Positions 10,079 to 21,600 of a stretch of 41,154 bases of DNA are shown here, piece by piece. A program made the translations under genes and the position numbers. The stretch lies in the NCBI GenBank assembly GCA_036172245.1, contig JAYWIR010000080.1, forward strand, positions 310,001 to 351,154. The letters run 5' to 3'. The stretch's first letter is position 1; each line of letters begins with the position of its first letter. Below the pieces are notes generated by a model. It saw only the letters and a list, made by a program, of their open reading frames with translations, was not told where the DNA came from and did no database searches. This stretch comes from Raillietiella orientalis (taxonomy: Eukaryota).

Positions 10079-11942
10079 ATAATGTGTATTCTAAACATTC
10101 GCAAGCTGCCGGATATTTGATACATTTAAAAAGGAGGAAATTATACCAATTGTTACTCTTCAAGCAGAACGTTGCACCATTCATATGTTTAGATTGGTGC
10201 CCCAAGACTAAGGGTTCCCATTCTCTGAATTTTCCATTGGACAAAGTAATCCCGTTAAATCCCCTTAAATTTCGTATCGTGCTTATCTTGAATAAAAAAA
10301 TTGAAACATTGATGCGATATTTTTATTACAAAAGGTTTCTAGACACATTTGAGACACAAATAATAATTATATTTGCAATTTTTTAGATTTTATCCTTTTC
10401 ATATAAGCGTATACATGTCTCTATACATACGTGATCAAATGGTCACACAAAATTATCCATCACAGAATTATTGAATATATGGAATATTCTCCATTTCCGC
10501 ATTGCAGATCAAGGATAGGAATAGTCTCCCTATTCATGAGGAGTGGTAAATCTCAGATTTTTCATATACGAGAAAAAACACTGGAATTCTTTCTATCTAT
10601 CTAGGTACACATATTCAAAACTCAGTTAGATAAAATAAGTTTCAAGGGAATTGTAAGCAATCTTTTGAAATATAAGCTTTGAATTTTTGAGGGCAAAAGG
10701 TCCAGGAATAGGAGTATGTAATTAAAAACTGAGACATGAAGATCCATCTGCATCCTTCTAACTGTGGAAAGCAATCTTCAAACGTGACAAGCAACAAAAC
10801 CACAGACTCCTAAAATATACATTAGAAGCCTATTTCATTCTATAAAGGTATTAGTGTCTTCATGAGATAGACTTCCTGTTCTATCTTAGTGTTTGATGCA
10901 GAGATTGTTCACAAAGCTAAAACTCGTTGTTGAATGTCAAGATACTATGAAAATAATCAATAATGCAGCAGAATAATTTGCTACCAGACCTTCTCAAATT
11001 AATTTTTGATAATGAGGGAGGGTAAAAAATGTGTAATGTGCAGGTTTGTTATTCACATGTATTTGGCTTCCACTGATAAGAAACAAGATGCCTTTAAACT
11101 AGACAGAGTCAAGAGTATATTTTGAAGACGATAAAAATATTAAGGAACCTTGAAATTTAGCCACTGATAAATGATTTTAGCGATTTCTTTCTGTCGGCAG
11201 TAATGAGGTCTCCAGAACCTTTAAGAGAATGCTTACTTTAGATATATGAATTAAAGAATATTTTCAATCACTCAAGATTTTTCTATAAATGTTATATTTA
11301 AAACCACTTTGTGTTTGAGGAAATTGCTGCTTGATATTATCTTGTGACAATGCTAATACAAAAATTTCTCAAGATTCTTTTTGTATTGGTGCAAAAGAAA
11401 TTTGCTTTCTATTATAATCTGCGGAAAAAATGTCTCTGACTTTGAAATAAGTGTTTCAAATGATAGCATTTTCTCTGGCATGTTTTGAAGTACGGAAGGA
11501 TATTTCAGAATGAACAGATAGACATACCTGTTTGTCTTCAGCGAACGGATTTCTACAAACGATGGCAATCAACTAACATGCTGTGCAATGATGACCTTGC
11601 CATAAGCGAGGAAATTATTACCTTAAGCTTTCATGAAAACCCCCTTGATGTCGCTTGCATTACTAAAAACTGTTCCATCAAAAGTGTTGGGGCTCAAGAA
11701 ACAAAGGCGTGTTCATATTAAAATTCATCTCCGAAGTTGGCTCTCAGAGATTCGCGCACTCATGCTATCATAGTTAATAAGGGATTGATTAGAAGAATTA
11801 CCAAAGTCTCCCTACATATTCAGAATTGTCTAAATCACTTGCAGAGAGGTTCGAACTGCAGATGACAATGTCCTATGGTTTTAGTTTCACCCTGTGATTA
11901 CCGGATATGCAAAAAAAATCAAAAAATAATGGAGTTCCACTC

Positions 11943-11993
11943 ATGATTGAGATAGATGACTTATTTACCCAATAGCTCATCTATCTCAATCAT
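11943..11993. repeat. Perfect 17-bp inverted repeat / hairpin
   Basis: ATGATTGAGATAGATGA (11943-11959) is the exact reverse complement of TCATCTATCTCAATCAT (11977-11993). Confidence 0.85.
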
Positions 11994-13286
11994 TAGGTTT
12001 CTGGAACAGTTATAAAAGTGCAGCAGTCCATGGAGTCCCCCCTCTAAGATCTAAATCCAGTCTACAAGCATGCGTGATAACTTTCCATTTTACTGGGTCT
12101 GGATTTGCTACCCTGTCATCTTGTCTGGAATTTGTGTCCATAGGCAAACACACTTTTAGCAGTGATTTAAGTCCAACTATTGGTGCTATGACTCTATATG
12201 TATGGTGAGGAACACATCCGAGTTTTCAATACCATTTGATCTATCATCTGCGAGCTCATAATTGATGTGTTCTGTCTTCTATTTTAGAAAGCATTTCTTG
12301 GACGCCACCCTGGTATACAGAATTTCCGATTGTGGTACATTCTCGTCATCCTTTGTCAGGTGATCCAACTATTGCTTACTTTACCGTGCTATTGAGAAAG
12401 ATACTGTCTATGAGATCCCTAATGATGTAGTGGTTCATTTTCTTCATCTCTTCTTATTTGGACTTCCCTGAAGACAAGAACCACTCTTAAAGCATCCCGT
12501 TGCCAGGGCTCTACAGTCTAGCAATTACATTGGTGCAGTTTCTCTTCTAAATATTTGACCACTTTCCTTGTTTACTCAGCAAACATGTGAGTGCGTTTTG
12601 AGCTTCAAGCAAAAAAAGCTTTCCTTTGTTCGAGGTAGCATTAGAATATATTTCTAAACTGGTGTCGCATTCTCAATAACTGTGTGACAGGCAAATGACT
12701 GTCAAATGTCAGGATTCTAATTGTAAGCTATATAACAAAGAAATGTATAACCAACAGCCTCAATGTATACTGGTACTTTGTATCCTTAGAAGTCAAAAAA
12801 CCTATCAGGAAAACTACCTTCAATCAAAGTGAGCTTTAAAGCAGCAGAAAGGAAAATTTAAAGGGAAGCATAAAATTTTGCTAAAACAAAACTGGAAGCC
12901 CATTAGGAAGGCATGATCACCTAAAATACATTAATCGGAACACAAATTACATGGTCCTCTAAGGAAGAGCGTAGATGCGACAGGCAATCCCATCACCATA
13001 GAAGCTATTAAAATCTTCCACGAACAGGAACAACCTGTTGCATGTATGGCAAAATAACAAATAATGAGAGGGCCAGTTGACACTCTAAATGATTTGATTG
13101 CTACACCTTATGTAACAATATTCTCCAAGGCGGAATCAAATGAAAGCATGAAGTCCAACTCTGTAACATGAGGTATATGAACTTCATTAATATAACTATG
13201 TATCTTTGAAAGTAGAAAAGCATTTATTTCTAATCCGCGCGCTAAATTTCTTTTGACACTGCCCGTACAGATTTTCACTGATCCAC

Positions 13287-13316
13287 TTATCTTATTAAAA
13301 GAGTTTAATAAGATAA
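13287..13316. repeat. AT-rich 13-bp inverted repeat with a 4-nt loop
   Basis: TTATCTTATTAAA-agag-TTTAATAAGATAA. Confidence 0.7.
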
Positions 13317-15091
13317 AAGATATTATGGTTTAGATTAAGATTTATTTAAATAGTTCAAGGCCCTTATTAAAAAAGATTGCAAATTCTGTAGGTACACTCC
13401 ACATCAACAAACATATCATTTTATATATATATATGTGCTTCACAAGCATTTTGTCCCCAATTTTTTTAGCGCTGAAACTTGTGTTTGGACTCCATTTTCG
13501 AACCTTTTGCATTTGCACATTGTCTTTGTTCTAATTTTCGAAATTTCTGGAATGAGACCTTTTTTCTCAGAAGCGATGACTTTTTTCCACAGAAAACCTC
13601 CCTATGCATTTTATCAACAATTTTCCTAATTTGAGTGACTCACTGTGCTTTCCATGCGCCTTTTGCAGATGAGGATTCCTGCATATATATATATAGAAAC
13701 CATGTGGTCCAAACTTACAGTTTCTGCAGAATTCGGATTCTAACTGACCAAAGATTTGAGGGATATTCTCCATTGAACGCAAATATTACCAGGACGAATC
13801 TGATGATTCCTACGGGATTTCTTTGAATGAAGAGGCATAGTTATTATCGCATCAAAATGAAGGCATTTACTCTCTCACTGGCAGAACACCTGCATTTACG
13901 TTTGTGATGAAAGATGAAATTCATCATGAAGTCACTGGATACCTAATTTCCTCGAAGATGCCCGTTTTTCTGCATGATGGCATGAAGTTCGAAGCCTATA
14001 CTATAAATAGGGACAGGGAATTCCATGAAAACAAATACGATGCCTTGAGGACTCTTGTTTTCTTTAACAGGTTCACTTTCATGCTGTTAGCATTCAGAGT
14101 TCAGATTCGGACGATAACCTACTAAACCGGCTAATAAGATTATTAAGACTCGAATGGAAAATGGGCAAACCCACTCTCCTATTCCTAGTTTGTGAATCTG
14201 TCGATTCAGTGTGCTCTGTGAGATACCACGCCGTTCACCTTTTTCAGTCTTGCAATGGAAATTACGGTGAAAGTGTTTCCGGTTATGGCCAATAGCGATA
14301 ACCAGCAGACACATCGTAGTACCACTCAAAGAGTGTTTGCAATTGAACCTAAAGGTAAAATTTTATCCTTCCCCTAATTCTATTTTTCATGTAAGGGGCT
14401 CTAATTATTTTATTCATTTAATGAGCTCATTTATTTTTTCAAATGCTGTTCTTTAATATCAACTACGCTTGCATATTGCTCAAGGAAAAATATCTTTGAA
14501 ACTGCTTATTAAATTTGGCTAAAATGCACTATGTTTTATAAGGTGTGTAAATATGAGATATGTTTCTATTTGTCTATACTACGTGTCCAAGTGTTTAACT
14601 TGTTTTCTACTTGAAACCATTCGATAGAGAAAGACTCTCTATCAGGTTGAGGATTCATGATTACTTATCGTTTGCACAAAAACATTTTTTTGAAAGTTTC
14701 AAGTTTTCATGCGATCGTTTTCAGTACTTTGAGTTTCCACAGTCCAAAGCTGCCATCTCAAACTTTTCTCTCTCAATGAGTTGCACGTTTTACATATAAC
14801 GAATAGTCAATTCCTTTATTAATTTTTTTCCACGTTTTGCCAAGGCCTTTTCATTTCACCGGGACAACTATTAGGTTAGTCATCGCACTCGAGTTGTCAG
14901 TGCTGAGCTCAAAGGAAAATGAATGGATAATATGGATAAATAAGCTCTCATTAGAGAAAACAATCATAGAGGGAAAGTAGAAACAGTGGAACTTTAAAGA
15001 AAATCTTAGCAACCTCAGTTGAATTAATGTCTGTAAAGGTTTCAGAAAATAAAGCTTCGGACTACGATTTCAAAAAATGTTTGGGGGCTCA

Positions 15092-15107
15092 CACAAAAAG
15101 ATGCTGC
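15092..15107. repeat. Target-site duplication, left copy (16 bp)
   Basis: CACAAAAAGATGCTGC, identical to 15834-15849. Confidence 0.85.
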
Positions 15108-15833
15108 TTTTCACCCGGGTGCGCCGAAGCGTTTATTTCTAAACTATCCAGGAACAAAGTTCCCAGACAAAGGGTACAGAAGATCGAAGGGAGGGCTCCC
15201 TGACACACAGGTTGGTGAAACCGAAGGTCCGGAACGGGAAGGAGGGGACCACTAATAAATATATAAAAAAAATTTAAATAAAAATATGGGGACAGGGGTG
15301 TTTGGCTTCGGCCGTTCCTTCCTTTCAGAACCGGTGCTGGATGCCGGAGATGTCCTTCCTCGAGTCTTCTGGAAGATGAGGCCACCTGGCAGCCAATGTC
15401 GTGTCGTCGTCGGCTAAACTGATGGCCTCTAGTAAAATTGCCTGCGACTCCAACCGTCGGCGGGCTCTGACGATGGCGCGGATGCAACAGATGGTTGCGA
15501 CGACCGCACCTAAGGACAGGCCGCCTGACGTGAAGAAGCGGCGCATTGATGTCCTTGCGGTGTCTCCCTGGTGCAGGAGAGCTGAGGCCAGCCTCCGCCA
15601 CAGTCCTTGGAGGACACCGCAGTCGAAAAGCAGATGCGGGAGCGTTCCTGCTGCTCCGCACCTTTTATAGTTCGGGGAGGCAACTCCCCCGGAAACAATG
15701 TTGCTACGCTGGTTGCAATGGAAACCCCAATGCACCAGCAAGATAGCGTCTTGCTTCCATGGAAAGGGGAACACAGAAGTGTCCACGCACGAGGGACACT
15801 AGTTCTTCGGGAGGCACACTCAGGAGTTCGCTC
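15108..15833 (-). mobile_element. 5'-truncated non-LTR retrotransposon (L1/Tx1-like): ORF2 C-terminus with degenerate zf-RVT finger, plus 3' UTR
   Basis: GC-rich island. Minus-strand translation WG..CNQR...YKRCG..GTLPHLLFDC....LWRRL resembles the zf-RVT CCHC region. Stop at 15325, AATAAA at 15137-15132, A4 tail at 15111-15108. Flanked by the exact direct repeat CACAAAAAGATGCTGC. Confidence 0.82.
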
Positions 15834-15849
15834 CACAAAAAGATGCTGC
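15834..15849. repeat. Target-site duplication, right copy (16 bp)
   Basis: CACAAAAAGATGCTGC, identical to 15092-15107. Confidence 0.85.
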
Positions 15850-18626
15850 GTGATATTCGATGACCGCGGGTCATGGCTGGTGTCTTGAGTAAAAGATAAC
15901 AAAGTAGATACCTCAGATCTGATGATGAAGAAGAAACTGAAGAACTTTCTCACACAAAAAAAAGGACAGGATTTGAGTTATGTTTCATCCTGGAATCTGC
16001 ACTCTAAATGCTCTTCGCAAACGAAATAAATAAATGATAAGACAACAACAACTAAAGAGCCAAAACTTACAAAAAGGAAAGGGAGAATAGCAGTAATGTA
16101 TACGAAGAAAGATGAAAACGAAATTAACTGACACGATTGATGAAGGATATAAAATATCTTTTCTGTATTCGGAATGACTGTAAGCTAATTGATGAGCAAA
16201 AAGCTTTTATTCAAAAAAAAAAAATTTGCTAAACACAATTCTGGTTGCAAAGCTGTTGGAAAATAGCAACAAAGAGCTTATGATGTGTGCAAAACTCTTA
16301 CTAATTGTAGGGCATTTATTATAATGTTGACAATCATTCTGCATTATCATGCTGTAATGTGGCACATGACATGATGTATCATTATAATATGAAATCCTCA
16401 CAACTCGCAAATTCGTGAATCTGAGAATTTAACTGTACTGATCTATGAGACAAATGAAATAACCAAACTTCTTTAAGCGATTTTAGTAAGTTTTTTCTTC
16501 TTGCATTCAAAAATAGAAGAAAAGAAAATTAGCACCTCCACTTAATCCAGAAAGGAATATCGAGTATGAGTAATATGCGATATCATGGATTCTTTTTGTT
16601 TTTGTTTTTTTAATCTTTTTCGACCACCACTTGATCTTATATTTCCTGGAAGCTTTCAAATGGCACGTGATGCAGGCACAACAAGGAGTAAGAACTGATC
16701 TATGATAAAAATCGACCATGATGGTGAATTTTTTTAACCAAGAGTTTAAATAGGTGAAAAACGAGCTTTCTATTTGTGAACCTATTTTCTCTCACCCCAT
16801 TGAGATGAAGTGTAGAACCCAAAAATTACAGCCAGTTCAGACTATTTAGCAGATGATCTTTGTGCTTTCCGTAATGATGTGAAAATACAAGTGTTTTCAT
16901 TAGGTATTGTAGGGCATAATGTACAACAGATTTAAAAAATGCTTGACATTATAGATTTTTCCATGAAGAAATCAACAAGGTGTTTCAGAACTTTCTGAAT
17001 ATGTAATATTGAGATTGTTTCTTTTCATACTTATATTTCAGAGATGGTGCAAAGAAATCAATAAATTTGAAACTTGACAATTGTTCCAATGTTCTACTTC
17101 TTATTTAAATAAAGGAGCAAGAAAAAACAATGTCGTTTCTTCTTCAGTCCTTCAGCAGTTCATTAAGTGGTACTGGATACGGAACATGTAGAAAATTGGA
17201 AGCTCTCATCAAGAAATTGTAGTTAAGTAATTACTTTCCATTTTCTTGACTGGAGCTTTTGCAAGAAAGAGAAAACATATAGTGAACAATTGAAGAAATC
17301 ATCTGTAATTTTATGAAAGTCTGTTGGGTAGTTCCGAATGAACGAGCTACTAATGCTTTCAATTAAAAATTCATATCTTTGATTTCCACAATAATAATCA
17401 TATAAATAACCATTAGAATACGAAAATTAAAGAACGATTCAAAAATTAATAACTCTGAAACGAACATATGGTCGAGTCACAAAAACTCTTGTACTTATAA
17501 CGGAAGCTCGTCATAAAGAGCAATAATTACAAACATTGAAAATAAGTTAAGATCTATTTGCCCGAATATTTTCCAGCTACCAAAAATTTCTCTACCATTT
17601 GCTACTGCTGCGTGATAATGGTAACACATGTGATTTCAAGAAAGCTTTCCTATTTCCTATTTCTACGGATCATTCCTGACCACATTCTTGTTTTGAAAAG
17701 CCGCCCCCCCCCCCTTAAAAAAAAGATTATTTTTTTTTTAGAAAATCAGGTAAACACAGTGATCAAATAGTGGTCTGCTTCGTATAAACCTTGGCATGCT
17801 CGTATTATTAATAAGAGAATGTCACTTTTTGCGTTAACATCTCGAAACATTGGGGTAAGTTCAGGTCTTTGTGCAACAAACACAGATAAATACAGAGTTT
17901 AAATAAAAACCATATCTTTCATGGTGGAAAAGAGGTTTGTATATTCGAGAGAAAACAAGCATCATGGTTTCTGTAGGAGACTTATTCAAAACGATTTCAT
18001 AATACACGTGTCAGAATTAAGAATTTGACTTTTCTTCCATTTTCCACTTCACCAAAATAAAACAAGCATTTAATGTATGTGTTACTTTTAGATTTTACAT
18101 GAATGCAGTTCTTAGTGGACGGTATGAAATCTCAGTTCGGCTGATGTGTTGAACACAAAATCATGTCACCTTTTATTTTCAGAGAGATGGGAGAATTACT
18201 CAGCCAAAATCAAAGATTCAAAAGAAGTCGACTTCAAAGTTCACAGTTTCAGGTTGTTTTGGGCATTCTTTTGCAACAGCACTTGGAATCCACAAACAAT
18301 TGCATGCAAAGTAGAAAGTCTGCAAAAGATGTAACAGCAATCCCAAGTGGTTTTCAATAAATCTTCGAAAGAGGAAAAAAAAGGATTTTAGGGAATGGAG
18401 ACAAAACACAAATAATATTGCATACACAATCTGTTTCATGTACCAAAAGTAAAAGTGTTGGTATCTTGTAATAAATCCAAGTGACTGTTGCAAAGGTAGG
18501 CTCTCCGAGGTAGGAATTCCATCGTAGGCGCAATGCAGAACGCAGTGTTGTGGGTAAATTTATATACGGTAAATTGACATGTAGAGAATGATTTCTATTA
18601 TCCAATAAATATTGAAGCACATTGCA

Positions 18627-18650
18627 ATGGATGACATAAAAATACCCAAG
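18627..18650 (+). CDS. MTMR6: MTMR6-like exon 1 (MDDIKIPK)
   Basis: 8-codon exon with an AAG|GT donor, resembling the short M-x-x-I-K/R-x-x-K N-terminus of MTMR6-group proteins. Phase 0 matches exon 2. Confidence 0.8.
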
Positions 18651-21600
18651 GTGAACCTTTTTATTTTCTTAATGTAGAAAAGTTATTGTGTTTGATAAAG
18701 AGCAATGAATGCATTTGTTGAGATTTTGTAACAATTCTGCATGCTGTAAACGTTACAATCCTTATTTGCAATTTAAATATCCAGAGCTTATTTCATTAAT
18801 GGCCCTTAGTGCTTTGCTTCATGGTTATTTCGTTGTTTCATTTACGTTATAATCGTCGGCAAGGGTAGTTTCGTTTTTGTAATTCTGTATGATACCAGTT
18901 TTGGCATATTGAGCCTATGATCAGCTTTTGGGCCATAAGAGAGCAGATGTAGCGCTGTGCAAAAATCGGGCGTTTGTATTTATGCATTTTCATAAAGTTT
19001 TAAATTTATTTGTCTTTTGGAACGCAATTTGGAGTTATGATAATTCCATGCTATGGATGAGGAATCACCAATTTATGTAACAAATTTCTTCAAGGTTTTT
19101 GAGGTGTTTTTTTAAGGAAGTTCCTCAAAAATACCCCGGTTGCATGTCGGCTTTTGAATTTCGAGAAGCATCGAGACATACAAACAAATGTTTCATACTG
19201 TATTCTGCTGTCACATCCAAAAATTTCTTCATAACTGTTGAAACACCTCAAGTTGGATATGGCCTTAAACTTTTTGTATTTGAAGTTTAAAGGATTCTTC
19301 AGTGATCTCATTTGTATTCATATAATGAATACACTTATTACTGCGTAGGAGATTTGAATATTTTTATGAATTATTTAATCTCTGAAGATGTTCGGATTCT
19401 ACTGTATAGTACTTTCATTTGATTTTTCAGTTTATTTGATTCCGTTATTTGTTGTAATCAACTGCTCCAGCCTCAGATTTTTGTTTTGTGGTACTTTAAG
19501 TTTGGACTGTACCCCAGTTGAGAGTACTAATGTATTTCATGCATTGAATATCAGCATGTTAATTATGTAAATTTATTAAACTTAACATTTTAAGCGATTT
19601 TTCCAATTAAATGAAAATTCATGTTTAAACTGAATTTGTGTGCCAAAGTGTCATAATATACTTGTCAAAAAGCATCTCTTGAGATTAAGAGTTTTCTGGC
19701 ATTGTATTTTAATTTTCCAGATGTATGGAAACATTTATGATAGTATTTACAATAAAGATGACTTCATTGAGTATGATCTTTTTCAAAAGTTAACATGCAT
19801 TAACTTTGTTGTTTTCATTCAGGCTTTTATACTGTTGTAAGTTTGTCCTAGGTCAGGTGTTTTACATGCAAAAAATGGAAACTGTCGATAATTTCAAGAA
19901 ACAGATTTGCAGCAAGTGAAGCAGTAGAATTTCACAATTATTATCCACATAGAAATCTGTGAAGCTTTTTTTTTCTCTTTTATGTAATCTAAGTTACATA
20001 TATGTTTTTTAAGGTTGTTTATTTTATTTTTGGAAATATTCCTAGGGTGTATATATCAGTGGTAAATAAAAATTTCCAAGATTTTCAGATTTTTCTAAGG
20101 TTTTTGTTGCGGTAATGGATGTGAATCTTGGTTGCATTTTGTTGTCCACTTATTTGTTTTTATCTGGTTAGGGATGTACACAAAAAAGTTCAACATATTC
20201 TTGGAAAACATTCATATTCTCTTATTCCCTTTATATAGTGGGAAATTTTCGATGTGTTGCAAGCATTTAGGAAATGAGTTTGATTTAAATAGGCATAATC
20301 TGTTACTCATTATTAGGAACAGAAAAAGTAATTTTTCGAATCATAATTCCGATTTCCTTGTTGATGAAACTTAATGCTGGTTAGTTTTGCATTATTTATT
20401 TCCTGTAGCATGACATTGGAGTATTTCACCAAGAAATTAAATAACCATGTAGGCAAAGGAAAAAAAAAATTTGAAATGTATACCATGAAAGTGGGTAGTT
20501 CCACGTTATACCATGCAATACAGTGTATGTTGTGCGGAAACGAATGATCCATTTTTCGATCACAAACGAAAAAAAAAAAAAAAACACTTATTGGCATTTA
20601 AGGGCGTGACTTAGGTAGTATTGAGTATTGATTTGAAATTAAGAAAATAATCACTTAAATGTCAGTGAAAAGAGCAGACATTCCCAAAAGATATCCTCCA
20701 CATTTATTATGAAGCGACTATTTGACAGTGTCCATCATGGAAAGGAAAGGAAATGGGATTGGAATAGGGACTTTTCAAAATTTCCATGATTCGTTTGCAA
20801 GACAAATACAAGATTCGTCGTGGGAACCATATTGTGCGTTGGATAATGACCATGTGCAGTGTCAACCGTTGAAAATATGAAAAAAATGAGAGATAACTGA
20901 ACGAGCATAAATATGGGGCGCGGAAAACTCGAAAGCTGAGTGTTGAAAGTGCCCATTTTATTTCAAGAGCAGTTGAAGCTGCACTGATAGCTTCTGCAGC
21001 ATTCCATGTGTGGAATGTTGGAAAGTAAAAGCCTTATCTGTGTACTATCTGGTCTTTCTATAGCAGCACAGAGGTCTGTTTTCACATCTTTGCCTTGCTG
21101 TAACGATTCCGAAGCTTTCTTGCCCAAAGTAGAATTAAAAAGCGTGGAAGAGAACAACTGGATTTCAGCTTTTAGAAGTTTAACCTTTTCATCAAAACGT
21201 GTTTTGAATCCGTTGTAACAGTTTTATTGACTCTTTTTCTATTCACACTCTAGTTGGTCATGGCATCGTGAAATTTGTTAAATTCTTTCGCGTGCTACAT
21301 GGATAACGAGCAGTTCTGTTTACCTTTTTATTGAATGATGTTTGCATATTACCTACCAAGCAATAATCGATTACTTAATAGGTAATATGAATTTTGAATC
21401 CGTTGAGATCATCTGGAAATGGGTTTCAAAAAAAAAAAAAAAAGAAAAATTTTTGTATAAAGGAGACAAGAATTCATACAAGTGCAGTGAAATTTACATA
21501 ATATATTTATATAATATATATTCAGACCATCAGTTTGAATTCGATTCCATTTCGTGTGAGGTTGGGTAGCGATTTTTAATTACAAGTGGGCATGTGTGTA

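Noticed and set aside
10400..14400. Possible degraded transposon coding sequence in the intergenic region
   Set aside because: No RT, transposase or helicase motif could be read with confidence.
15949..15960. CTCACACAAAAA as the right-hand TSD
   Set aside because: The longer exact 16-bp repeat at 15834 abuts the element-like sequence and fits better.
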